Source: Pelagomonas calceolata (Eukaryota). From it: 64,000 bases of DNA. Where the stretch lies: positions 3,162,001-3,226,000 of the forward strand of contig CAKKNE010000001.1 of NCBI GenBank assembly GCA_918797485.1. The letters are read 5' to 3'. This document shows, piece after piece, positions 40,125 through 50,456 of the stretch. Within the stretch, counting starts at the first letter, position 1. Each line of letters starts with the position of its first letter. The position numbers were made by a program, and so were the translations under genes. Below the pieces are notes generated by a model, which was given only the letters and a program-made list of their open reading frames with translations, searched no databases and was not told the origin of the DNA.

Positions 40125-41430
40125 GGTCTGAATCGGGTGTTTGTTTGGCTGGGTCTTTGATTGTGTCGCGGCGCGGACTCGGAGGGGACGTCGACGTCGC
40201 GCGAGGCAACAACTGCCTACTCAGTGCTCCAGTGTTTGCGACGGTTCCCGCGGCTCCCGCGCGGCGTTCCTGCGCAGGGCTGGCGCAAGAGCAACTCAGC
40301 GCAGCACTGCGCGTGTGCAGGCGCGGAGCCAACGCCTAAGCGCGGTAAAAAGCGGCCCTTTGGCGCCGAGTTTTTTGCTTTTTTGGCTTTGCCCAAATAA
40401 ACGGGTTGCATCGACGCGTCCCCGCCGCAGCCCTCCCTAGGTGCTCCATGTCCCCGCCACGGCTCCCGGCGCCGCCCCAACCGACCCTTACAGCGGAAAA
40501 AGCACCATCTGGGTTTGACTTGATTTTCGGTGTCGGCGGGCAGCCCCTCGCACCCCGGAGACGTCTCCGCCACCCCTTCAACACCCAAGGCGCCCGCAGC
40601 GAGGCCTCGCGCGCGGGCCGCCTGGCAACCCGACTCTTACTAGAACCCGGACGAAACGCTTGCTAAATTTAGCTAAACAAAGCGACGCAATTGGCAGCCC
40701 GCTATCTCAGCCGGATCGTCGCGTACACAAAAAAGTCCACTTACACAATGACGCGCGCGCGCGCGATCTCCCGGAGTTGCACTGGGTGCGTTGCGCGCCG
40801 ACGTCGGCGTCGCGAGAAAATGCCCCATTTGGCTGCAGCAGCCCTTCGATGCCCCCTCCCCCGCCCGATACCGGACGCTGTGTGGCCCTCTCCTCCGCAA
40901 TATCGCCGAGCAGCTGGGGTAGAACGATAATCCGCAGTCAGCTCGTTCGCAGCCCCAAAATTCGTCGAATGGTGTGACCCATTCGATCTCGCTCGAAACG
41001 AATGAGGCGCACCATTCGTTCAATATTCGGTCGCCGACACCCCTTTTTTCGACCGCAGCTCGTCCCTGACGTCGTCGGGCAGCAGCTCGCTCACTGCTAG
41101 ATTTTAGGCACCTCGCGCCGAGATTTCGTGCCTCGAAGACGAGAAACGGCCTGATTTTCGTTGCGCTGCCCCTGGGCAATAATCTTGCCCAGTGGACGAG
41201 ATGCAGGCTCGTGCGGCTGCACGAAGCTCCGAACCGAGCCACTGGGCAGGATTATGCAACTCGGACTGAGTTATCGTGCACGCCAATTCCCCCGACTGCC
41301 AAAAGCCGGACCTCAGTAGAGTTACCCTAGCTACATTATTAGCGTCCGGGTATCGGTAAGTGCCCGAAAACATAGGGAGTGCGCGAGCAGCATAGAGCGC
41401 AAGCCGTCGCAGCTGCCCTGCGGCCGACAA

Positions 41431-43080
41431 ATGTCCCGCGCGGGCGTTCGATCCCCCGGCGCGGCCAGGCAGGCGCCCCCGCCGGCCGCGCCGCGCGCGC
41501 CGGCCGCGGCATCGGAAAGCAGCGGCCCGGTCCTCGATTCGGACGGCAGACCTATTAGAGCGCGCCTCACGCAACCGCTCGACGCGGCGAGCGCGCCCCA
41601 GGCCATGGACACGTCTTCCTCACAACTCCAACCGCCGCAAGTGCTCATCGACGCGGGCGCGTTCGCGGCGCTCGCGTGCGAAGTTCATAGGAGGGTGGAC
41701 GCCGTCGAGCGGCGGCTCGATAGGACGTTGCGCGACGACGGCGCGGCGCTGCGGGTCTGGCTGCAGATGGCCGTCGACGCGCAGAGCCAGCGGATCCGCG
41801 CCGTGGAACGCGGCCTCGGCGCCCTCGTGGAACGGGTGGAGGCGCTCGAAGGGAGACCGTCGACGAACGGTCGAAGGTCGGCCAAAGCGAGGGAAGGTTC
41901 ACGAGTGCGCCTGCCCGAGACGGCTAGACTGGCGCGAAGGGCTTTACTAGGTGGAAGCCCGGAGGAGCCCAAAGGAGACGAGGCCGAGTGGTCCGACGAC
42001 GATGGGGATTTCGAGTACGTGGGCCAGCCCATCGCGCGCAGTTTTGACGGGCGACTCGTCCTGGGCAAGGTCACTGGTTTTTTGAGACAGTTGGAAGGGC
42101 CCGTGCTGTGGCACGCGGCGCACGACGACGGCGATTCTGAGGATTTGGAACATGACGAGGTCGTGCAGGGGCTGCGGGCCTTCGCCGAGCACGCCGCCGA
42201 GACTTCTCGCAAAGCGCAGCGCGACCGGTTCGTGAGTGCGTTGCACGGCACGGGGCCGCTCGCTTCGCAAGTGCCCGAGCAGTTGGGAAGTGATGGCGAG
42301 GGCGCACAACAAGTGTGGGCGTCGTCGACGAGGTCGCGCGTCGTTTTACTGGAGAGACTCCGCTCCCACACGTCGCGCCACGAGGGCTCCGTCGTGGCCA
42401 CGTCCTTCTTCTTCGAGCTGCCGGTCGACACGGAGCGCTACGGCGACTACGAGGCTCGCGTCAGTTCGCCGCCGATATGCTTGCGGGACATCGGCGACAA
42501 GCTCTATGCAGGAAGGTACCGCACGCCGGAGAGCGTGGATAGTGACTTGCGGCGCGTCTTCCAGAACTGTCGCGACTACAATCCTGAAGGATCTGTGGTG
42601 AGGGAGTTCGGCGATTCTCTCGCAAGAGTCATGGAGCAGTGGGTCGCCGACTACAACGCGTGCGCGGAGTTGGTGGGCGAGACGTTGCTCTGCGCGGACG
42701 CGCGGCCGTACGCGTCGCTCGTCGCAACCGGCTGTTCCCGGTGCCGCCAGCGCGGCTGCCCCGATTGCATGCGGGGCCTCCCGGACCTCTGCGTGTCTCG
42801 ACCGTGCGCGGAGACCGGCTCCAGCTTACATGTGTGCGCCTTCCTGCCGACGGCCGGACTGGCAGGCGTGTGTGCGGCGGCGCGCCGCGCTTCCGATTTA
42901 GGAGGGCCGGACTCGGCCGCGGCGCGGGCCTCGACGCCCTTCAGCGGGCCGCCGCCGGCGCCGCTCCTGGCGCCGGCGCGGCCGGGGAAGAAGCGCGCGC
43001 GCGTCGCCGACGCGGCCGTTGTCGCGAACGGCGAGAACGGCCACCGCCGGCCCAAGCGCGCGTTCTCCGCCGACCTCTAG
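41431..43080 (+). CDS. Chromatin protein with Tudor-like domain and bromodomain
   Basis: YVGQPIARSFDG...GKV...WHAAHDDGDSEDLE; FFELPVD...DY...VSSPPICLRDI..KL..G.Y.....DLRRVFQNCRDYN. Confidence 0.82.
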   Translation: MSRAGVRSPGAARQAPPPAAPRAPAAASESSGPVLDSDGRPIRARLTQPLDAASAPQAMDTSSSQLQPPQVLIDAGAFAALACEVHRRVDAVERRLDRTLRDDGAALRVWLQMAVDAQSQRIRAVERGLGALVERVEALEGRPSTNGRRSAKAREGSRVRLPETARLARRALLGGSPEEPKGDEAEWSDDDGDFEYVGQPIARSFDGRLVLGKVTGFLRQLEGPVLWHAAHDDGDSEDLEHDEVVQGLRAFAEHAAETSRKAQRDRFVSALHGTGPLASQVPEQLGSDGEGAQQVWASSTRSRVVLLERLRSHTSRHEGSVVATSFFFELPVDTERYGDYEARVSSPPICLRDIGDKLYAGRYRTPESVDSDLRRVFQNCRDYNPEGSVVREFGDSLARVMEQWVADYNACAELVGETLLCADARPYASLVATGCSRCRQRGCPDCMRGLPDLCVSRPCAETGSSLHVCAFLPTAGLAGVCAAARRASDLGGPDSAAARASTPFSGPPPAPLLAPARPGKKRARVADAAVVANGENGHRRPKRAFSADL

Positions 43081-43122
43081 GTTGTGTCCTCCCTCGGCCT
43101 ACACAAGCATCTTTCTCTCTCC

Positions 43123-43154
<32 letters not shown>

Positions 43155-43155
43155 G
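43123..43155. repeat. (TTG)11 microsatellite
   Basis: Eleven perfect TTG units in the 3' flank of the bromodomain gene. Confidence 0.95.
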
Positions 43156-43585
43156 GGGGGCTCCTTCCAGCTCGTGTGTCTCGTACTCCAACGGTACTCG
43201 AGTAGCACTCTCCTATGAGGTCGCCCCGGACCGCTCCGGGGGTGAGCCCGGATGCCACTATCGCCATCTAGCCCGGTGCAGCTCTCGTCACCCGTCCGTC
43301 TGCGGTTTGAGGCCATTGTGTTTCAGGCTAGTGTCTTACAACGCTAGCAGCTCCCGGGAATTTTGCTGAATTTTTGCCATAGTGCTCGCACAAGTGGCGT
43401 TACGTTAAAGTCGGCAATCGATTTCCACAGCTCATCGTAACGCAGATCCAGCACCACTAACGTGAGACGGCCTAAGCTGCTGTTCCTTGCCGCACCTGGA
43501 GCAACAGCTGCACGCCTGAACGCGGTGCGCACGTTCGTCGACGCGGGGTTGAACAAAACGCAACTGACGCCGGTCGACGCGCGAC

Positions 43586-44698
43586 ATGGACTCGCCGGAC
43601 CACTGGGAGCGGCCCGGCGCGCCCGCCCCGACGAGCAACTGGGACCAGCCCGCCGCGGCCTCGCAATCGAGCAGCCGCCCGGACTGGGACCAACCAGAAG
43701 AGCCGCAGAACGGCGGCGCTTCAATACCAGAGGACTTCCGCCGACCATCCAATTCCAATGGAGGCACGAACGAACAAGCACTAAGAGAAGGATTCACGCG
43801 AGGTCGAGTCGTGTGGTTCGGGGGCCGGGACGCGTGGGAGGAGGACTGGTGGTTCTACGTGTCCAACGAGCACACGCTCATCAGTATTTGCCGGGGCCAC
43901 GCGATGCACCACTTCGAGCGGTTTGATCGGATCTGTTACCTGATGTGCGTGATCTGCTTCACACTGTTCTTGTCAGCTCTGGTGCAGAACCGGCACCCGC
44001 CGCACAACGGACTCGTGACCTATGGACTGTGGGTCTGCGTCGCGTCGATCGCGCTGGTAGCGTACGATTTTCTGTTGAGATTCATGGCGACGTCACCGTG
44101 CCTCCAGCCGGGCGGTTGTTTGCACAAGGTCTGCTGGTTGTGTCGCGATTGTTGCATCGACGCGGGCAAGCAGGGTTTATATATTGTATCCATCCTATCC
44201 TTCGCGTTTTTCGTCGCTGGTATTATATTAGCGGCCACCGCGGACCTCGATCCCGGCATGTACTTCGTGACCTTCGCGCTCATGCGCGTCGGTAATTATA
44301 TCTGGGAGTTCGCGCCGCTGGGCTACTACTTCTACACGCGGCGCGAGAAGCAGAAGAAGTATTGGTTGGATGGCGTCGCGGGCGGCGCGTACCCCTACGG
44401 CTTCGCGCTGCCGGACCCGGGCTACGTGCGCGACACGCGCTTCAAGCGCGAAAGCTCCGAGGGCTTCTGGCCCGACGACGTCGAGAACCCCCTCGCGCGG
44501 CGCTCGGCGAAGCAGCTCCGCGCGAAGCGCGCCGAGTCCGCCGCGGCGCGCGCGCGCAAGGTCGAGCTCCTCGAGCGCGCGCGGGCCCAGGTCCGCGGCG
44601 ACGTCGAGGCGCGCAAGCCCGGGGGCCTGGCCCCGCCGTCGCGGTCGCGGACGCCGCCGCGCGGCGACGACGCGCTCGACGCGTTCGGCCGGCGCTGA
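43586..44698 (+). CDS. Multi-pass membrane protein of unknown function; probable paralogue of 1564-2805
   Basis: 370-aa ORF with about 4 TM helices and the motif NEHTLISI...H..HHF.RFDR. Confidence 0.72.
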   Translation: MDSPDHWERPGAPAPTSNWDQPAAASQSSSRPDWDQPEEPQNGGASIPEDFRRPSNSNGGTNEQALREGFTRGRVVWFGGRDAWEEDWWFYVSNEHTLISICRGHAMHHFERFDRICYLMCVICFTLFLSALVQNRHPPHNGLVTYGLWVCVASIALVAYDFLLRFMATSPCLQPGGCLHKVCWLCRDCCIDAGKQGLYIVSILSFAFFVAGIILAATADLDPGMYFVTFALMRVGNYIWEFAPLGYYFYTRREKQKKYWLDGVAGGAYPYGFALPDPGYVRDTRFKRESSEGFWPDDVENPLARRSAKQLRAKRAESAAARARKVELLERARAQVRGDVEARKPGGLAPPSRSRTPPRGDDALDAFGRR

Positions 44699-44787
44699 GG
44701 AGGCCCTTTGTGCGTAAGTCTATATCTATATACACCTTTACGCGCCTCGCGAGCGGGAGGGGCGTGTTTCCTGGTTCGCAGAGTGGT

Positions 44788-45596
44788 TCATGACGAGCAG
44801 ACCTCGGGTGTGTCAGAGACCGCGGTCGCGTCCTCGCCGTAGCACTGGAAGGTGATGTCTACACCAAAAGCCTGCGTTTCGGTTCCTTCGCTTTCGTGCG
44901 GGCGGGCGTTATGGACGCGGGTCGCGCACGCGGACCTCGGCCGCGCCCGGGTCGCTCACCGTGATCTCGGTCGTAGCCGACTGGACCTGCGCGCGAGGGA
45001 GGCGTCGAAAATCTTCGGAGGCGGAGGGACGCGGCGTGCGCGCGTTGATGATGACGGGGTCGCCGTCGTTCCTGATGCCGGTGTTCGTGATCTTCGTTCC
45101 GACTGCTATATCATCGACCTGCGCGATGTAGTGATCAATGCATGAGTTAGTCTAGCGTTCGTGATGATCGCTAAGTACTCCCACGCAATTTAAGCAACGG
45201 ACGCGGAAGGCGCGCGTTAATGCCGCCGAGCAGACCTTCGTTGACGATCTCCGTGTTCTCACCGTTAACCTGCGCGCGCCGCGTCTCAGTTTCGCGGCGC
45301 GGGGCAGACGGCGGACGCGGGAGGTGTGCGAAAATGCCGCTTACGCGGGAGCCGCTCGGGATCGTGATCTTCGCACACTTGACCAAGCTTGAGACAAAAA
45401 GTGCGTCAGCGGGAGAGGGGAACGTGCCTTCAATCACGTAACAAGTATCGGATTCAATCGTGCCCAGGGGGAAGGGCAGCGAGTTGAGAGTTTCGACCGC
45501 TAAGCAGGTCTGGCCGCACCCGTTCTTTTCGCCGCCATAAATACCCATGGCGTTCGCGCCGAAGAGGAGGCAGAGGGCGACGATGAGCTTCGCCAT
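44788..45596 (-). CDS. Small secreted protein (163 aa), 5 exons: 45596-45345, 45269-45216, 45118-45044, 44986-44960, 44871-44788
   Basis: Signal peptide MAKLIVALCLLFGANA; four phase-0 introns (two GT-AG, two GC-AG) give a continuous frame ending EVCSS-stop. Confidence 0.7.
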
Positions 45597-45754
45597 GGTT
45601 TTGCTTGAGGAGGGGTCTAGTCTTGTCTGCTTGGGATCTGATGGTTGGAAAGCCGTGAGAAACTCGAGCTAGGCTAGCGCCCTGTAAGACACTAGCAAGC
45701 AAAAGGGGGGGGGGCGTGCGAGTCCCTGCGACTCAGCAATTGCGTCCTAGTCCA

Positions 45755-45827
45755 GCCGGACGGGTGGGCCCGGGGGGAGCGGGAGGGGTACGGGGGACCC
45801 CGCGACGAAGCTAGCCCGAGCCTGAGC
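45755..45827. repeat. G-rich dispersed repeat, copy 2
   Basis: First 41 bp identical to 23341-23381, then similar through CGACG..CTAGCC..AGCCT.AGC. Confidence 0.9.
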
Positions 45828-45838
45828 AAAAAAACGTC

Positions 45839-47764
45839 TTACCCGTACCACCACTCCTCGCGCGCGCGGCACTGCCTCGGCACCTTGCGGCCCCGCATAT
45901 AGCCGTTTATATCCCTTTGACGGGACCGGTCGCGCGCGTCGAAGACCTGGCCGACGTGCTGGTAGTTGTCCGGGCGCTTCGTCGGAAACGGACGAGAGTT
46001 GGGGTACTTGCGGCACGTGTAGGCGTCGTGGGCCATCTGGTCGTGCTTCACGCGCGGCCAGACGACCTCGTTCAGAAATTGTAAATCGCCGCCGTAGCCC
46101 TGCTTGTTGCTGAATTTGCGGACCTCCTCGGCGAGGCCCCCGGGGACGCACCCGCGCACACCGCCCCACAATCCGCCATTCAAGGGTCTATCATGGTTCG
46201 GGTGGTCGCGGATCGTGTGCACCTTCTTTCCCGATTTCATCCACTCGGCGACGGCGTGCGCCTCTCTCGCATTCAATCTTGAATCGGAGTCGCGCACGAT
46301 GAACCGCTCCACTTCCTGATCATCGGCGACCAGAAACCGCCAGAACATGCCCGCGATCGCGCCGCTCGTCGTCCGCGAGCCCCGCGACATCAGGACCAAC
46401 TCGGCACCATTATTTCTCAATTGATTCAAAATATCCTCGGGCACGTCCTCGCGATGATAGAACCGCGCCGTCCAGCCCGGGAAGACCTTGTGGATCAACT
46501 CCGAGTTCCGGACCGCGCCCTGCGTGTATTTTGGATCTGATCCATACAAGCCGTAGCTCACGACGCACTTGCCCTCGCATTTCACGTCGGCGGGCGCCGT
46601 CATGAGCTCGGTCTGCTCCCTTTCTACCCTCGCTTGGGTGGTCTGCGCTTTCCGTAACGCGTCTTCATCTAGATAATCCACCTGAAACTGCGCGTACCGA
46701 TCTCCAGCAGACCCACCCTGCTTGTTGTGGGGCTTGTTGCCGTGGCCCCGCACCGGATTCGAGTCCCTCAGACTACCGTCGACGATGACCGTGATGGCGC
46801 CGCCACTTGCAATAGCCTTGAACGCGTTGCCCTCTCGCCGAAAGTCCGCCGTGGGCACGTTTCGAGTTGACGGGTCCGCCACGACAGCTCTCACGACCCA
46901 GCCCAGTCTTCTTGTGGGAGGCACCATCTCCACAAATAACGCGTTGGCCATGCTCTTGAATCGAATCGTGTCCGGTGTGTTACCTTGCGTCACCTCGAAG
47001 ACCGCCTCGACGCCGTCGGCCTGGACGGAGTCGCACCGCAGCCACGTCGACTCGTCGCCCTCGGCGTCGCCCTTGTTGCCGTCCTTGGCTCTTACAACAA
47101 GAAAGCAGCCGGCCGCCGCGTTCCGCAGCCGCGCGTGGCGCCGCTTGGCGACGCCGCGGAGCTCGCGCTCCGCGGGCGGCGGGGCCGCGGCGGCGGGCGG
47201 GGCCGCCTGCCGCCGCGGCGCGGCTGGGGCGGCCGCGGGGAGCTCCTCCGCCGGCAGGCCCGCCGGCGCCGCGGGCGGCCGCGCTGGCGCGGGCGGCCGC
47301 GCTGGCGCCGCGGGCGCCGCCGGGGCGGCGGGCGCCGCCGGTGCCGCCGCGGGCGCTGCCGCGGCGCGCGCCTTCGCGCCTTCGAGGATGCGCGCCTGCT
47401 CGGCCTTGAGGGACGCCGTCTGGGCCCGGAGCCGCTCGATCTCCGCTCTTTTCTCGGCGAGCGCCCTGTCGAGCGACGCGTGGCCGCGGTCGCCCGCGCC
47501 CAGGACCGTCGCCGTCGCCGCGTCGTATGCGTGCGGCAGCGTCCGCACCGCGCGCCAGAAGGACCACCACGTCGCGTCGCCCGCCGTCGTCGCGCCGGCG
47601 TCGCTTCCTTGCGGCGCCGCCATGCGCGCCATGCCCTGCTCGTGGCTGAACGCCTGCGACGCCTGCGTCGTCTGCACGCTCACGACGCCGCACAACAGAA
47701 TCACGCCCGCGACGCTCGCGACGAGGGCGTGGTTCTGGGGCGACCGCTGATGCCGGCGCCGCAT
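45839..47764 (-). CDS. Type II membrane protein with beta-trefoil-like middle and C-terminal putative glycosyltransferase domain
   Basis: N-terminal TM anchor and Pro/Ala stem; VVSYGLYGSDPKY, MFWRFLVADD, FIVRDSDSR (DxD), HTIRDHPNH, GGLWG, DLQFL. Confidence 0.7.
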   Translation of the reverse strand: MRRRHQRSPQNHALVASVAGVILLCGVVSVQTTQASQAFSHEQGMARMAAPQGSDAGATTAGDATWWSFWRAVRTLPHAYDAATATVLGAGDRGHASLDRALAEKRAEIERLRAQTASLKAEQARILEGAKARAAAAPAAAPAAPAAPAAPAAPARPPAPARPPAAPAGLPAEELPAAAPAAPRRQAAPPAAAAPPPAERELRGVAKRRHARLRNAAAGCFLVVRAKDGNKGDAEGDESTWLRCDSVQADGVEAVFEVTQGNTPDTIRFKSMANALFVEMVPPTRRLGWVVRAVVADPSTRNVPTADFRREGNAFKAIASGGAITVIVDGSLRDSNPVRGHGNKPHNKQGGSAGDRYAQFQVDYLDEDALRKAQTTQARVEREQTELMTAPADVKCEGKCVVSYGLYGSDPKYTQGAVRNSELIHKVFPGWTARFYHREDVPEDILNQLRNNGAELVLMSRGSRTTSGAIAGMFWRFLVADDQEVERFIVRDSDSRLNAREAHAVAEWMKSGKKVHTIRDHPNHDRPLNGGLWGGVRGCVPGGLAEEVRKFSNKQGYGGDLQFLNEVVWPRVKHDQMAHDAYTCRKYPNSRPFPTKRPDNYQHVGQVFDARDRSRQRDINGYMRGRKVPRQCRAREEWWYG

Positions 47765-48052
47765 GCTGCCCTTGCCTGCTTCTTATGGGCGGGGCAGCCC
47801 GCAGCGCTCCTTGTGAGGCGTGTTTGCTAGCACGGCGGCGCGAAGCCCGTCGAGCTAGAGACCGCTGAGCCTCTAGTTTCCCACGGCTCGATATCCACGG
47901 CGGCGCGGAGGTCGATTTTTTACGCTAGCTCGGGGCTCTAGCTCGGGGCTCGATCTTGGCGCGTGTGGATCGGGGCTGCCTTAAACGCCGCGTCCTGCCC
48001 CAGTAGTAGAGCCTGCTCCAGTAGAGCCTGCCCCAGTAGTAGAGACGCTAAC

Positions 48053-48871
48053 ATGGCGGGCGAAGGAGACAACTACTCCGTCTGCCGGACCTGCGGCGAG
48101 GAGTGGTCCAAGGAGCGGCGCGAGTTCTGGCTGACGGAGTACGATGGAAGGTGGGTGAGGTACTTCGGCAGCTCGCGCATCATCAAGGACCGCGGGCAGT
48201 ACCTCGCGTTCCGCGGCATCCTGTTCGCGGGCATGCTGTCGATCCTGGTGTCCTCCATCACGATCGAAAGCTTGGATGGGAAGGGCCGCTGCTGGCCTAT
48301 CTACCTCACGCACCAGGGCGCGCTCATCGAGACCGTGTATTTAGGATTGGCCTTCTCCACCACCGCCAAGGCGTATTACTACCGGGACGTGGAGGGCACG
48401 AAGGATGCGCCCGAGCGGACGCCGTGGTACTGCCGCGCGGCCTGGATTCTGCAGGGCATCACGCTCCCCGCGTCCTTCCTCATCTTCGTGTTGTACTGGG
48501 GTCTCGTGTATGACGGCGGCAAGATCTACCCGATCTCGCCGTGGACGCACGGCGTCAATTTTGTATTGATGGTGCTCGACCAGGCCGTGAGCAACCAGCC
48601 CATGTATTTGGTCCACGGCCTGCTCTTCATGGTGTACGCGTTCTTGTACTGCCTCTGGTCCTATATCCACTTCGCCAGCGGCCTGAAGAACTGCGAGAAC
48701 GACCGCTACATCTACGCGACGCTCAACTGGAAGTACCACGGCAAGGCGTCCAAGCTCGCCGCCATGATCCTCCTCGTCGTCGCGCCCTTCTTCAACATCG
48801 TCTTCTGGTGCCTGTTCTTCCGGCGCGTGCGCGGCGTCACCGAGACGCCCAAGGCCGCGGACCGCGTCTGA
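48053..48871 (+). CDS. Rolling-stone / FAR-17a-AIG1-like multipass membrane protein
   Basis: IYLTH, LYWGLVY, HGVNF.LM.LD, IYATLNW; about 6 TM helices. Confidence 0.8.
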   Translation: MAGEGDNYSVCRTCGEEWSKERREFWLTEYDGRWVRYFGSSRIIKDRGQYLAFRGILFAGMLSILVSSITIESLDGKGRCWPIYLTHQGALIETVYLGLAFSTTAKAYYYRDVEGTKDAPERTPWYCRAAWILQGITLPASFLIFVLYWGLVYDGGKIYPISPWTHGVNFVLMVLDQAVSNQPMYLVHGLLFMVYAFLYCLWSYIHFASGLKNCENDRYIYATLNWKYHGKASKLAAMILLVVAPFFNIVFWCLFFRRVRGVTETPKAADRV

Positions 48872-49204
48872 GCGCCCGCCGACCGCCGAAATTCGACATT
48901 TCCACTCCCCCGTCCCGGGCCGCTCCTACTTCGTAACAGTCTTGCTTTGCTTGGAGCTCGGCCACCTAACTTATATGGTTACGGTGCTAGGACTGGTGGG
49001 CGGAGACACCGCGCGTCGCCGATTCATCGGCGACGGGCGCGGGCCGCGTTCGCCTCGCCACCCAGCCGGCGCGGGGCCTGCAGTCGCCCCGTGATCGCGT
49101 GTGGATCGACGACACATAGAATCCGCGCGCTAGCGGCTGGTAAGCCACTAGCAAGCTCGTGTGTGGAATCGGGGCTGCCCTCCCGGAGCCCGAGGCAGCA
49201 AGAA

Positions 49205-50379
49205 ATGGACTACGACCCGGGCATCCTGGCCGTCCCGCGGCGCCTCTTCAGCCAAAACTACGTCGACGGCGGTTGCCAGGGCGATCCGCCCAAGAACACG
49301 ACGACCGACGACACGCTCGGGTGCTGTGCGTCCGCCGGCGTCTCACAACACGCGCGCGCGCGCCGTCGCCGCGACGACGCGTACCCCACACAGATGCGAC
49401 GAACTACCTGATCCTCGTTATCGGCGTCCTCGCGGCGTGCGCCTTCGTCCGGGCGCGCGAGCGGCTCGAGCGCGCCGGCGCGAGCGGGGTCGAGCGGGGG
49501 CTCGCCGCGGCCTACGCCGCGTTCTTCGCGCTGACCGGCCTGGGCTACGGCGCCGCGGGCGTGCTGCACCACCGCTTCGCGCTGGCGGCGCCGGGCTACT
49601 GGGCGGCCGCGTACGTCGTCGTGTTGCTCGGCAACGCCGGCCTCTGCGGGGTCGGCGCGCTGCTCACGCGCGGCGACGCGCCTTCTACAAAATGGAAGCT
49701 CGGCGTCGCGGCGACGGCGCTGGTCAACGTCGCCGTCATTTTGTTGGTCGCCGCGACCCAGAACATGCTCGCCTGCGGCGTCTTCACGGCGGTCACTTTA
49801 CTGGTAATGATCGGCGTGTGGGGCAAGCACGCAATGAGGCCATGTGGCTGCGGCGAGGCGGCGGGCCTCGACCTCGCGCGAGCGTGCTGCAAGGGCGCGC
49901 GCGTCTGCGTGGCCGGGGCGGTCAAGGTGGCGGCCGGCGTGGTGATCTGTGTGGAAATCAACCAGTGCGGCGGGTGTACACTAAGTCATTTCTCGGCAAT
50001 GACGTGGCCGTCCTGGCTCGGTCGAGCGGCGAGGAACCGGCATCACCACGCCATCGAGCAGGCGTCGCGTCGATGGCGTCGAGGACGACGCAAAGATTCG
50101 GACGCGCCGTAAATTTTGATTTCCACACAGGTGGTGATGATCGGTGGCATGCTTATCCAGGTCGCGCTCGCCGACGTGTGCGGCGACCCGGGCTACGAGG
50201 ACTGCTGGGAGGACTGCCCGCTGCCCGACCCGATGGAGTTCAACCACAACGCGCTGTTCCACGCGCTCTACGCGGCCGGGCTGCTCGCGCTCGCCGTCGG
50301 CGTCCTCTGCGACACGGCGGACAGCTGGACGGCGACGAAGGAACCGACGGACCCGGCCAAAGAGCTGGAGCGCGTCTGA
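49205..50379 (+). CDS. Multipass membrane protein with C-terminal FNHNALFH motif; exons 49205-49325, 49394-49938, 50131-50379
   Basis: A 68-nt GT-AG intron and a 192-nt introner intron restore one frame (DTLGCYATNYLIL...AAGVVMIGG...FNHNALFH); about 7 hydrophobic helices. Confidence 0.8.
49947..50130 (+). mobile_element. Introner element, copy 2, with perfect 8-bp TSD
   Basis: TIRs CTGTGTGGAAATCAA...TTGATTTCCACACAG; GTGGTGAT at both 49939-49946 and 50131-50138. Confidence 0.95.
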
Positions 50380-50456
50380 GCGGTCGGCGCCCACCAAAAT
50401 TCGACATTCCCACCCACTGGGCCACTCCTACTTCTACTAGTCGATTTAAGATATAG

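Noticed and set aside
47995..48044. Short tandem repeat CTGCCCCAGTAG(TAG)AG(C) in a 5' flank
   Set aside because: About three imperfect units; ordinary slippage repeat with no further structure.
48869..50379. TGA stops of the two membrane-protein genes as Sec codons
   Set aside because: No redox motif, no coding-like continuation, and no SECIS-like hairpin seen downstream.
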